NCBI GenBank assembly: GCA_025839675.1
Contig: CP104013.1
Span: forward strand, 5,100,001-5,132,000
Source of the DNA: Candidatus Lokiarchaeum ossiferum
Lineage (GTDB): Archaea; Asgardarchaeota; Lokiarchaeia; Sigyniarchaeales; Promethearchaeaceae
DNA length: 32,000 nt
Direction of reading: 5' to 3'
A program made the position numbers and the translations under genes. Positions 1-9,689 of the stretch are shown here, piece by piece; position 1 is the stretch's first letter; each line of letters begins with the position of its first letter. The notes under the pieces were generated by a model, which saw only the letters and a list, made by a program, of their open reading frames with translations, was not told where the DNA came from and did not search any database.

Positions 1-79
1 ATGTCTAAAACTGAGAAAAAATTATAACCTTATAGACTGAATGAAATGAAAAAAAAGAATTTTTTGAAATAACAATGAA

Positions 80-964
80 TTATTTGATTGCCTCAACATA
101 TATCGATATTTTTGGATGAGTTTTGTCAAATAATCTCGTTTCTCTTAAAATAGGTGAAAAACTTTGACCCCAAGCAGATAGATAAATTTTTGAAAAACCG
201 GCTTTTTTTAACATTCTGAAAGATTTTTCTTTATTCCACCAATTAATATGAAAACCTGGATATTTTCCTTGGATTTCTTTAGAGCACATTGATGTAATAT
301 AATTTAAAGCTTCTTCATAGGATTTTTCCTCAAAAATTTTATTAAATTCTTCATCGGAAATTCTTCTTGGTGATTCAATATCTGCTATTTCAGATAATTG
401 TGAAGCGAATTCAAACAGGAAAATTTGTTCGATTGACGCTTCACTCATCGGTTTGTTCAATCTTACTCTTTCCATTGTTTCCTTTGTACTATAATCACTG
501 ATACAATAATAATAATCTCTATCATTATTTTTAACTGCACGATATCCAAGATCTGTATTTGGAGTTGTAAATCTAAATATTCCTCCTTCTTTCAATATTC
601 GATATGATTCATTAAATAAGTTTTGGGCAGCTTCATCTGAAATATGTTCAACAACGTGACTTGAATAGATTACTTCAGCTGAATCATCCTGGATTGGTAA
701 TTTTTCTAGAGAAAAAAGGTCATATTCTAAGAATGAATTAGTTTGTTGAGCTTTTGAATACCAATCGCTATGTTTATCGATATTCGTCCAATATGGATGT
801 GAAAACTCTCCTGCTCCTACATTATAAAATCTTTTTTCTTTTAGTGCTTCTTCTTTATATAACCTTTTATAGATTGGCAGATATGAATTATCAACCTTAT
901 TTATTCTTTCAATTTTTAATCCAAGTTTGTTAAAGGTTTTCCAAATTAATTTCTTTATACTCAT
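80..964 (-). CDS. Class I SAM-dependent methyltransferase (substrate unknown)
   Basis: 294-aa ORF. Has a glycine-rich motif-I region FYNVGAGEF..WTNID, then AEVIYSSHVVEHIS and YRILKEGGIFRFTTPN, a layout typical of Methyltransf_11/23-type enzymes. Lies 37 bp downstream of the ABC ATPase gene on the same strand. Confidence 0.7.
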   Translation of the reverse strand: MSIKKLIWKTFNKLGLKIERINKVDNSYLPIYKRLYKEEALKEKRFYNVGAGEFSHPYWTNIDKHSDWYSKAQQTNSFLEYDLFSLEKLPIQDDSAEVIYSSHVVEHISDEAAQNLFNESYRILKEGGIFRFTTPNTDLGYRAVKNNDRDYYYCISDYSTKETMERVRLNKPMSEASIEQIFLFEFASQLSEIADIESPRRISDEEFNKIFEEKSYEEALNYITSMCSKEIQGKYPGFHINWWNKEKSFRMLKKAGFSKIYLSAWGQSFSPILRETRLFDKTHPKISIYVEAIK

Positions 965-1001
965 AATTATTTCACAGTTGTAATTAAAATTATTAAAAAA
1001 A

Positions 1002-1682
1002 TTAGGATTTTACAACTCGTCCATGTTCCATTTCAACAAGACGGGTACCGTATTTAACTAATCCTTTATCATGGGTCACAATACACATGGTTGTGCCCAT
1101 TTCTTTGTTCAACGATTTTAATAATTCCATAATTTGTTGAGCTGCTGCAGCATCTAAATTTCCCGTAGGTTCATCAGCAAATAACACACGCGGTTTATGA
1201 ATTATTGCTCTTGCGATTGCGGTTCGTTGTTTTTCTCCACCGGATAATTCTTTAGGGAGATTATCTTTCCGATCAAGAAGATCCACTTTGCGGAGTGCGT
1301 TAATTGCTCGATCTTCAATTTCTTTCGATCGTAAAACTCCGGGCCATAGCACTGCTTCAATATTTTCAATCGCTGTTAAATTTTCAATAAGATTAAAATC
1401 TTGGAAAACAAATCCAATTTTACGTCGCCGAATATTGCTTAGGCGTTCTTCAGAAGCCCTATCAATTTTTTCTCCATCTAGGACTATTGATCCATCATCA
1501 GGAAGATCTAAACCGCTCATTACATTGAGCATGGTGGTTTTTCCACATCCGGTAGGACCCATAATGATTACAAATTCTCCGGCATTGATTTCAATATTTA
1601 CATCGGCTAATGCGCGAATAATATTTCCGCGAAGGCGGAATTCTTTCTGAACATTTTCTAATTTTATCATTACTTCTGGCAT
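1002..1682 (-). CDS. ABC transporter ATP-binding protein (MacB/LolD-like subfamily)
   Basis: Walker A GPTGCGKTT, ABC signature LSGGEKQRTAIARA, Walker B VLFADEPTGNLD, H-loop VTHD. A 13-bp gap to the upstream permease gene suggests an operon. Confidence 0.92.
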   Translation of the reverse strand: MPEVMIKLENVQKEFRLRGNIIRALADVNIEINAGEFVIIMGPTGCGKTTMLNVMSGLDLPDDGSIVLDGEKIDRASEERLSNIRRRKIGFVFQDFNLIENLTAIENIEAVLWPGVLRSKEIEDRAINALRKVDLLDRKDNLPKELSGGEKQRTAIARAIIHKPRVLFADEPTGNLDAAAAQQIMELLKSLNKEMGTTMCIVTHDKGLVKYGTRLVEMEHGRVVKS

Positions 1683-1695
1683 TTGTGATTCCTCC

Positions 1696-2232
1696 TTATT
1701 TTAATACCCTTAAGGCAACTATTGGCCTTAATTTCAAGATTTTCGAGTACATTACCAATATTCCTAAAACTTGAGAGATTAAGAACATTGCAAAGGATAT
1801 TACAATTGGTAATAATCGTAAAATTGGTTCTGTTGGATTTCCGGTTGTTAAATTGATAAATGCTGTAAATCCCGTTATATGGATCAATAACTCCGCCACA
1901 ATAATGAAAGACATTGTGGTAACCCATACTAATTCTCCTACAATCAAAGTTCTAATATTTCCATTTGTATATCCTATACATTTCAACGTAGCAATTTCGC
2001 GTTTTCGATAATTTATAACTATCCACGCATACAAGATTGCTAAAACGACAGTTGACCCGATAGAAATTGCTAATAAAAGGACATTTCCCTCCACTTCAGA
2101 GGGGAGGGTGAAACTTTGCAAATTCCATGCGTTCCAAAGCATAAGGACGGTATACATTAACGTAAAGATGATGAACCGCATTCTGCTTCGCATTGCCATT
2201 TTTATTGATTTTCCAACTAAACGTAGTCCCAT
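1696..2232 (-). CDS. Short FtsX/MacB-type ABC permease (4 predicted TM helices)
   Basis: 178-aa ORF with four hydrophobic segments. The core LKCIGYTNGNIRTLIVGELVWVT resembles the FtsX-domain consensus. It sits immediately upstream of the MacB-like ATPase. It lacks the large extracytoplasmic domain of typical family members. Confidence 0.7.
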   Translation of the reverse strand: MGLRLVGKSIKMAMRSRMRFIIFTLMYTVLMLWNAWNLQSFTLPSEVEGNVLLLAISIGSTVVLAILYAWIVINYRKREIATLKCIGYTNGNIRTLIVGELVWVTTMSFIIVAELLIHITGFTAFINLTTGNPTEPILRLLPIVISFAMFLISQVLGILVMYSKILKLRPIVALRVLK

Positions 2233-2429
2233 TTTTTTTCGACCTATAATTTTCGTATAATCCTAATATTCCCTTCATCCTATATAATTTTGTCCCTCGG
2301 TATTCACGATATCAAAATGAAGGATAGATCTCATCTTTTTTGGTAGAAAAATTCTAAAATATTTGGGTTCAAAGCCCATCACAAATCAAAGATGTTTGAT
2401 TTTCCGTTCTTAGCTTAGAGAAACGAAGA

Positions 2430-2437
2430 TTTATAAT
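2430..2437 (+). promoter_or_regulatory. TATA-box-like element upstream of the profilin-like gene
   Basis: TTTATAAT is centred about 26 bp upstream of ATG 2460. This spacing matches archaeal TATA-to-TSS distance and implies a leaderless or near-leaderless mRNA. Confidence 0.35.
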
Positions 2438-2459
2438 ATTCGTGGGTCAATCTATATTT

Positions 2460-2837
2460 ATGGATTATGAAGAATTTATTTTTGAATTGCTAGATGCTGA
2501 ACCCGCAGTACTTGGGGGTGCAGTGATCGACACAACTGGAAATTTGCTTTATCAAACGGAAAATTGGGATCTTCAACAAGAAATTGATGAAATTAATTCC
2601 ATAATCGCAGAGGCTCAAAAACCAGATGGGAAAAATCCAGGGAAAATTAAAATTATGGAAGTGGGGTATATGATAATTGAATTTACTCCTGAAAGGATTA
2701 TTGCCACCAATGTTGCCCAAAAAGGACATATTATTGTTGCTATCGGAGACAATGGTTCTATTGTTGCCTATATTGATCCTAGCAAAGGTCCGCGTGATGC
2801 GTTGTTCAATGTTCAATCCTTTTCTCGGAAATTGTAA
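2460..2837 (+). CDS. Profilin-like protein (Asgard-type); Roadblock/LC7 fold is the alternative
   Basis: About 125 aa counted from ATG 2460; the ORF track starts at GTG 2442. Positional matches to profilins: N-terminal helix YEEFIFELL; GGAVIDTTGNLLYQTENW (cf. AAIIGQDGSVWAQSSNF); EINSIIAE (cf. EITGIMNDF); GYMIIEFTPERIIATNVAQKGHIIVAIGDNGSIVAYIDPS (cf. [39 protein letters not shown]); C-terminal helix ending ..FSRKL. Confidence 0.6.
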   Translation: MDYEEFIFELLDAEPAVLGGAVIDTTGNLLYQTENWDLQQEIDEINSIIAEAQKPDGKNPGKIKIMEVGYMIIEFTPERIIATNVAQKGHIIVAIGDNGSIVAYIDPSKGPRDALFNVQSFSRKL

Positions 2838-2882
2838 TTATTTTCCCATTTTTTATAGTTTTTCAGCTCATTTTTCCATATT

Positions 2883-3590
2883 TCAAATAGGGAGAAAAGG
2901 TTTCATCAAACTAAAAATAATTATCAAAATTACCAAAATTGGGACAACAATGAGCAAGATTTTCATAGATTGTTTCCATCCGAACGAATTGACCGAAGAG
3001 AAGCTATTTTCGATAAATTTTTGCTGCTTGTCCATGACTTTATCCCATCTTTTTTGCATATTATCGAGATTCTGATACATTTTATCTCGATTTTGGATTT
3101 TTCGATCCTGTATATTTTTTTCCATATTTTGAAAAGTTGACTCTATTTGCTGGTTTTGAGCTTGGAAAAATGCACGGATTTTTTCTCTCTCTTCTTTCTG
3201 CCTTTTTTTCCATGCTTCTCTTCGATTTTTCCTCAAATTTCGCCTTTCTTCATTTTTAGCCTTCATCTGATCCATAGATTGTATCCAAGACTCTTCTAAG
3301 GCTTTAAAATCCAAATTGCTTTTTGAAATAAATGTTTCCCATTTTTTTTGGATATCCGTTTGAAATTCAGCAGATTTTTCTCCTGTAACTTGTGTTTGTT
3401 CATTTAATTCCAACAGTTCTTCTGAACTTCGATTCTCTCTTGTGTCTTTTTCCTTAATTGGTAATTTAAATAATGTATTGAAATCCTTTTGGAATTTTAC
3501 CAGACTGTTCTTAAAATCATCGCCAAATTTTTCGAGCGTCCTCTTCTTTGGTGGTTCTTTATCCATGTTGCTTTTCTCTCTTTTTAGCAA
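2883..3590 (-). CDS. Tail-anchored, highly charged (K/E/Q/R-rich) helical protein
   Basis: 235-aa ORF. About 200 aa are charged, helix-prone sequence (e.g. RRNLRKNRREAWKKRQKEEREKIRAFFQAQNQQ). It ends in a single C-terminal TM segment, MKILLIVVPILVILIIIFSLM. It sits 23 bp downstream of a paralogous gene on the same strand. Confidence 0.6.
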   Translation of the reverse strand: MLKREKSNMDKEPPKKRTLEKFGDDFKNSLVKFQKDFNTLFKLPIKEKDTRENRSSEELLELNEQTQVTGEKSAEFQTDIQKKWETFISKSNLDFKALEESWIQSMDQMKAKNEERRNLRKNRREAWKKRQKEEREKIRAFFQAQNQQIESTFQNMEKNIQDRKIQNRDKMYQNLDNMQKRWDKVMDKQQKFIENSFSSVNSFGWKQSMKILLIVVPILVILIIIFSLMKPFLPI

Positions 3591-3613
3591 TTATTCTAAA
3601 AAATATTTTTTAT

Positions 3614-4432
3614 CTACGTCCCTTGATTTAATAAATCGGTGACATTAATTCCAACATAGTTTAAGATAAACCCTATTCCCACAATTACAATAAGGATCAT
3701 GAGAATCCATGCCATAAATGTAAAATATCCTTTCCACCAGAGACGATTTTGAAATTTTAAAAACCTTCGTGTTCGTTTTTGCTGCCGTTTTGCAAATTTA
3801 TCCCAAGATTCTTGACGCATTTCCCGAGATTGAATTTTGTATTCCAGTTTTTGACGTTTTTTTTCAAGTTGCTTCTCTTGTTTTTGTTGAATATTTTGTT
3901 CACGAAGATTTTTTCTCAAATCGCGTGCTTGTTGATTTTCTTCCTTTCGTTTTTCTCGTTGGTTAATTCTATTTTCTTTTTGATCTTGAAGTTTTTGCTG
4001 CCGATCCAAGTTCTTTTGTTTGATTTTAGCTTGTTCTTCCTTGAATTGGTTTTCCAGTTGCCGAATTTTGTCTTCAAATAATGTTTGTTGCGATTTGAAA
4101 AAATTTTCCACTTTTTCATTAATTTTTTGTTTGTTTTCTAACCGCTTTTTTTTTCGGATTTCCTGGCGGGTTTTAGTTTCAGTTTGTTTTTCTTTAATCT
4201 TCGCTATATTTGCTTCATGAGCGGTTTTCCAGTCATTTTGCCATTTTCCAAACATTTTTTTTGTGGAATCCACCGCATTTGTCCATTCTTGTTGTATTTT
4301 GGGAAGATTTTGTTCGTTTTCTCTTTCAGATATTTCTTCAAGCTGATTAAGTTGCTGATTTAATTTAGAAACATCCTTTGTTATAGTTTGGTTTAATTTG
4401 TCGATAGAAGTATCTTCTTTCTCTTCGCTCAT
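3614..4432 (-). CDS. Tail-anchored, highly charged (K/E/Q/R-rich) helical protein, paralogue of 2883-3590
   Basis: 272-aa ORF with the same architecture. A long charged helical region (e.g. KEEQAKIKQKNLDRQQKLQDQKENRINQREKRKEENQQARDLRK) is followed by a basic juxtamembrane stretch, KRQQKRTRRFLKFQNRLWWK, and a C-terminal TM, GYFTFMAWILMILIVIVGIGFIL. Confidence 0.6.
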   Translation of the reverse strand: MSEEKEDTSIDKLNQTITKDVSKLNQQLNQLEEISERENEQNLPKIQQEWTNAVDSTKKMFGKWQNDWKTAHEANIAKIKEKQTETKTRQEIRKKKRLENKQKINEKVENFFKSQQTLFEDKIRQLENQFKEEQAKIKQKNLDRQQKLQDQKENRINQREKRKEENQQARDLRKNLREQNIQQKQEKQLEKKRQKLEYKIQSREMRQESWDKFAKRQQKRTRRFLKFQNRLWWKGYFTFMAWILMILIVIVGIGFILNYVGINVTDLLNQGT

Positions 4433-4564
4433 ATAAAATCCTTCAAATTTATAATTTGGTTATTTTTCCTTGAGGAATATTGGATTTTCAACATTATAAC
4501 TTTTTGGTGAAGCTAAAATAACCAGAGTAGTTAGTTAAAAAAGATGGGAATAAAAATTAAATGA

Positions 4565-5935
4565 TTAGTTAAAATCTATTAAAGCAAGTTGGATTTTATG
4601 GAAACAATCATCGATTTGGTCAATTGGGATGGAACAGAATGCGACACGGATTCCGTTTATCTTTTCTTTTGGGTTTACAATTGGAAAAGTTCCGACTTTG
4701 TACTTGACTAGCAAGTGATCTGCAAACTTATCGGCAGGGATTCCTTCAATATTTAGGAATACAAAAAAGCCTCCTCCGGCAGGATCCATGGTCATTTTTG
4801 TATGATTATATTTTTCAAAGGATGCTACTGTGCCCTTGTATCGTTCATCTAAAATGTCTATGACTTTCTTTCGGCTTGAAACAATCCCTTCAAAACCATC
4901 TTTCATCATATCAACGAGTATTTCTTGACAAAAATGATTTGAATTACTAATTGTAGATCTAACCATTCCCTGAACTTTGTTTATCCATTCCGTATTGAAT
5001 TGATCGAAATCACCTTCTTCCTTTATCCATGAAGGATGGATTCCCAAAGTTATACCAGCAATTCTTCCTCCATACATTAACATTTCTTTGGAAGTGCCAT
5101 CTAATTTCAGTGGAATCAGCAATTCATGCTGATTTAGTAACTCATAGAAAATTGAATTCCCTGCCACCTTTTCACTGAATGTATAGCCTTCGTAAGCATC
5201 ATCACACAAAACAACAATGGTCTTCTGATGGGTTTGGCAAAACTGTGTTAAGGCTTTAACAATTGCCTGAATTTCATCTGGAGTTGGACAGTATCCGGTG
5301 GGGTTATTTGGAAAATTAAGGATGAGAACCATTCGATTTTGTATTTTAGATACATTATTTAGTGTATTCATCATGCCTTCTAAATTGAATTGGGCATTCT
5401 TGAAAAATTGGAAGGATTCAATTTTAAGTTCATTTTGCATCGTTAAAACGGAATTATAATTCCCCCATCGCTTATTTGGACATATAATACTTTCACCAGG
5501 TTCGAGAAACATGCGGCTGGTTATATAAATTGCATTTGTAATGCCATTGCACACAACTGGAGTCGTTATATTGGATGATGCATCAATTGGACCTGAAGGC
5601 ATATTAGCTTCTTGCTTTCCTTTAAAAATTATCCATTTTTTCCATAATTCTCGAAAAGGTGGAATTCCTGCAATTGGTGCATACGAAGTGAGTCTTTCGG
5701 GGTCAATGTTAATAAAATTCTTTAATTCTGGAAGATAATAGGGAAGTGCCTTCTTTCTTCCATTTGGAATAATATCTAATTCTGGTCCTACTGCAGTCCC
5801 AATCGTTGCATTGATTTCAGCTTCGTTTTTTGCCCTTCCCGTCCAATAGAATATTCCATTGGGCTGGAAAATCCGTTTTCCCACAGAAGATAGACTCTCA
5901 AAAATGGGGGTTTTTTTTAGCATCTCAAATTCCAT
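4565..5935 (-). CDS. PLP-dependent aminotransferase, class I/II fold (aspartate aminotransferase superfamily)
   Basis: 456 aa. NFPNNPTGYCPT (the N-P-T-G motif), CDDAYEGY, and the PLP-lysine region SKEMLMYGGRIAG (SK....G.R.G pattern). Confidence 0.85.
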   Translation of the reverse strand: MEFEMLKKTPIFESLSSVGKRIFQPNGIFYWTGRAKNEAEINATIGTAVGPELDIIPNGRKKALPYYLPELKNFINIDPERLTSYAPIAGIPPFRELWKKWIIFKGKQEANMPSGPIDASSNITTPVVCNGITNAIYITSRMFLEPGESIICPNKRWGNYNSVLTMQNELKIESFQFFKNAQFNLEGMMNTLNNVSKIQNRMVLILNFPNNPTGYCPTPDEIQAIVKALTQFCQTHQKTIVVLCDDAYEGYTFSEKVAGNSIFYELLNQHELLIPLKLDGTSKEMLMYGGRIAGITLGIHPSWIKEEGDFDQFNTEWINKVQGMVRSTISNSNHFCQEILVDMMKDGFEGIVSSRKKVIDILDERYKGTVASFEKYNHTKMTMDPAGGGFFVFLNIEGIPADKFADHLLVKYKVGTFPIVNPKEKINGIRVAFCSIPIDQIDDCFHKIQLALIDFN

Positions 5936-6209
5936 AATAAAAACCTAAGAAAAATATACTCGCAATGTAGAAAAACCTTTCATTTTCCGAAATTTCCACA
6001 ACATGTTGTAATTCACATTTCTCCATTCAGTAATAAAACCAAATTTTAACTGGAAAAATTTTTACTCAAGCTGATTTTAGAACATTTTTTCCCTTTGATA
6101 ATTCTTTTTCTAGAATGAAATTCTTTATTTTTTTGAAAAGTCTTAACAAAACTTTTAAAAACTTCTTAGATGAGTATTTTTACTATCCTTCAATGAAGTG
6201 AGAAAAAAT

Positions 6210-6710
6210 ATGTCAGAACGAAATAATGAATACTTCCAACAGTTTGTTGGTATGAAAATTGGTCCAGATAAATATCGGATCAAAGGGAAAAAACTCTCTG
6301 CTTATGCGGAAGCAATCGGTGATTTGAATCCCAAATATTATGTCGAACCACCAAAAGAAGAAGGTGTGAAAGCCGATTATTCAAAAATCGTAGCTCATCC
6401 TGCATTTGCTGCAACCTACACCGTTCCTGGTGTTTTAATGAGTTTACCTGAAGTTGTGGATAAAAACGGGGAAAAATTAATCAAAAATATTGGAAAATTG
6501 TTGCACACCGCTCAAATTTATGATTATGATGGGTGTGATCCTTTGACAGCAGCGGATAAGAAAGTGGTTTCTACTGGAGAAATTCGAAAATTGGAAATCA
6601 AAGGAGATAAGCTGTGGGTAGAAATGTTGTTTACTACCACCAATCAGGAAAAAACTAAAACTTTCTGCAAAACGACCCTTAAAGGGTTGATGAGAAAGGG
6701 GGGATATTAA
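6210..6710 (+). CDS. Hotdog-fold protein, MaoC-dehydratase N-terminal-type (HadA-like partner subunit)
   Basis: About 166 aa from ATG 6210; the ORF track starts at GTG 6198. YAEAIGDLNPKYY..AHPAFAATY resembles the non-catalytic N-terminal MaoC-like (UPF0336/HadA-type) half. Its stop TAA (6708-6710) abuts the ATG of the next gene. Confidence 0.65.
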   Translation: MSERNNEYFQQFVGMKIGPDKYRIKGKKLSAYAEAIGDLNPKYYVEPPKEEGVKADYSKIVAHPAFAATYTVPGVLMSLPEVVDKNGEKLIKNIGKLLHTAQIYDYDGCDPLTAADKKVVSTGEIRKLEIKGDKLWVEMLFTTTNQEKTKTFCKTTLKGLMRKGGY

Positions 6711-7229
6711 ATGTTTGAAGTCGGACAAATAATTACAAAGGTTGAAGAGCCTATTACACGAGAACAACTCATAAAATATGCTAAAGCCTCAGGCGATTCT
6801 AATCCTGTACATACTAATGAAGATTTTGCCATCAAGGTTGGATTAAATGGTGTGATTGCTCATGGTATGTTGAGTTTTGGAATGGTGAACAAATATGTGA
6901 GTGATTTAGCTCTGGAGAATAATGGGGAAATCATGACCGTAGGATGTGAAATGCGAGGAATGGTTCGACCAGGTGATTGGTTAATTGCAATCATTGAAGT
7001 TGAATCCATTGAAAATAATGTTGTTTCCTTTAAAATCACTCAAAATTCAAAAATGCCCCTAAAATTGGAAAAAGATGGCCAAGTGATTAAAGTATATGAA
7101 GGTGAAGAACGCGGTTGGGTAAGTGAAAAGGAAAAAGCGGGAATAAAAACTGAAGAAACATCTGAAGGTACATTAACTTACCGAGAATGGCTTGCAAATA
7201 AGGCATGGGCAAAAATTCGGTTATCTTAA
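6711..7229 (+). CDS. MaoC-like (R)-specific enoyl-CoA hydratase / 3-hydroxyacyl dehydratase, catalytic subunit
   Basis: YAKASGDSNPVHTNEDFAIKVGLNGVIAHGMLSFGMV is the classic MaoC hydratase motif (D..NP.H......G.....HG). The protein carries a C-terminal extension of about 50 aa. Confidence 0.85.
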   Translation: MFEVGQIITKVEEPITREQLIKYAKASGDSNPVHTNEDFAIKVGLNGVIAHGMLSFGMVNKYVSDLALENNGEIMTVGCEMRGMVRPGDWLIAIIEVESIENNVVSFKITQNSKMPLKLEKDGQVIKVYEGEERGWVSEKEKAGIKTEETSEGTLTYREWLANKAWAKIRLS

Positions 7230-7345
7230 ATGGAAAATTTCTCCTTTTTTTGTATTTTTTTTGGATTTGGATAATTAGTAGAATAATGGTGCAGATCGAT
7301 CACAAGATATTCCAAAAACTTTTACCCAGATCCGCAATTCATTAA

Positions 7346-8392
<1,047 letters not shown>

Positions 8393-8417
8393 CCTTAGGA
8401 TCCTATTATCCTATGGA

Positions 8418-8431
8418 TTTTTTTTTATTTA
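8418..8431 (+). terminator. Oligo-T tract downstream of gap (candidate archaeal terminator)
   Basis: A T9 run (8418-8426) followed by ATTTAT, about 26 bp after the gap stop codon. Archaeal RNA polymerase terminates at oligo-T tracts. Confidence 0.35.
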
Positions 8432-8474
8432 TTCCATCGAAAATGAAAATTTAATTTTTAGAGATGTTTTAAAA

Positions 8475-9689
8475 ATGACAGATATTCAATTTAAAAATAT
8501 TACTGATTTTGATATCAAGGGAAAAAAGATTCTCGTTCGCGTTGATATCAATTCCAGCATTGATCTTGAAAAAAATGAAATTCGAAGTGATCCTCGGATT
8601 CAAGCAATCTTACCAACCTTAGAATCCTTAAAAGAAGCTGCGGTTGTGTTAATTGCTCATCAAAGTCGCCTTGGGAAACCCGATTGCATTGATTTGAAAT
8701 TGCATGCTGATAAACTGAATGGTTATCTTGGAGGGAGGGTTAAATTCGTTGCGGATTTATTTGGGGATACCGCAATTTCTGCAATTAAAGAACTTCAGCC
8801 CGGAGAAGTTTTGCTCTTAAACAATGTCCGCAAATGGGAAATAGAAACTCAAGTCAAGAGTATCGAAGAAGCTGAAAAAACCGAATTAATCACAAAATTA
8901 TCACCTTTATTTGATTATTTTGTAAATGACGCGTTTGGAGCCGCTCATCGGGCTCATGTTTCCTTGATTGGTTGGCCTACTATTTGTGCTGGTCCTACCG
9001 TGAAACGCGAATTAGAAATGGTCCAAAAACTCTTTACTCCTAAAAAACCTTCCATCTGGTTAGTTGGAGGTGCAAAGGCTATGGATAAGTTTCAAGCCTT
9101 GAAATTCAATTTAGAAGCGGGAAATATTGATATGGCTTTAGTTTGCGGGTTGACTGCCATTTTAATGCTTGAAGCAAAAGGAATGGACATGGGTGAAAAG
9201 AACCGCAAGTTCATCGCCGAAGATTTAGAACAAAATCGCAACGAAATTGCTGCGGTTTGTGAAAAATTCAAAGATAAAATCTTTCTTCCTGAAGATATGG
9301 CATACGAAGAGAATGGAAAGCGTCTAGAATGCCCTACTTTAGAGGTTTCCAAATTAGATGTCTCTACTGGAGATATTGGGGCAAAAACAATTGCAAATTT
9401 TAAAACACTTATTCAGTCTGCCAAAACCATTGTTGCTAATGGACCACCTGGGATCTTTGAAAAAGAAGTTTTCAAGCAATCTTCCTTTGAAATTGTTGAT
9501 GCTATGGCCGCTGCTGCAAAAAATGATGCCTTTGTGTGTATCGGTGGTGGAGATATGGGTGCTGTGGCTGAAATGGCGGGTTTGGGTGAAAAAATAACCA
9601 TTTCGACTGGTGGAGGGGCTTTACTTAAAATTCTTAGCGGTAAGGATTTGCCTTTATTGCAAGTTTTGCGAAATAAAATGCCTAAATAA
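8475..9689 (+). CDS. pgk: Phosphoglycerate kinase (archaeal-type sequence features)
   Basis: 404 aa. KILVRVDINS, LIAHQSRLGKPD (archaeal AHQ[GS]R pattern, as opposed to bacterial/eukaryotic SHLGRP), NNVRKWE, FVNDAFGAAHRAH, GGGDM. A T8 tract at 9729-9736 follows the stop. Confidence 0.93.
   Translation: MTDIQFKNITDFDIKGKKILVRVDINSSIDLEKNEIRSDPRIQAILPTLESLKEAAVVLIAHQSRLGKPDCIDLKLHADKLNGYLGGRVKFVADLFGDTAISAIKELQPGEVLLLNNVRKWEIETQVKSIEEAEKTELITKLSPLFDYFVNDAFGAAHRAHVSLIGWPTICAGPTVKRELEMVQKLFTPKKPSIWLVGGAKAMDKFQALKFNLEAGNIDMALVCGLTAILMLEAKGMDMGEKNRKFIAEDLEQNRNEIAAVCEKFKDKIFLPEDMAYEENGKRLECPTLEVSKLDVSTGDIGAKTIANFKTLIQSAKTIVANGPPGIFEKEVFKQSSFEIVDAMAAAAKNDAFVCIGGGDMGAVAEMAGLGEKITISTGGGALLKILSGKDLPLLQVLRNKMPK

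Noticed and set aside
1288-1650. 120-aa plus-strand ORF inside the ABC ATPase gene
   Set aside because: It lies entirely antisense to a gene with complete Walker A/B and signature motifs. It has R/S-rich shadow-frame composition and no motif of its own.
2490-3075. ORFs 2490-2816 (minus) and 2677-3075 (plus) overlapping the profilin-like gene and the downstream gene
   Set aside because: They are overlapping shadow frames with no recognisable features. The profilin-like frame and the tail-anchored-protein frame explain the region better.
3442-4220. Several 65-100-aa ORFs on both strands (3442-3642, 3769-3966, 3779-4081, 3916-4119, 4020-4220)
   Set aside because: They are F/L/S-rich or K/N-rich translations of the low-complexity AAG/GAA-rich DNA of the two charged-helix genes. 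All are nested within or antisense to the longer ORFs.
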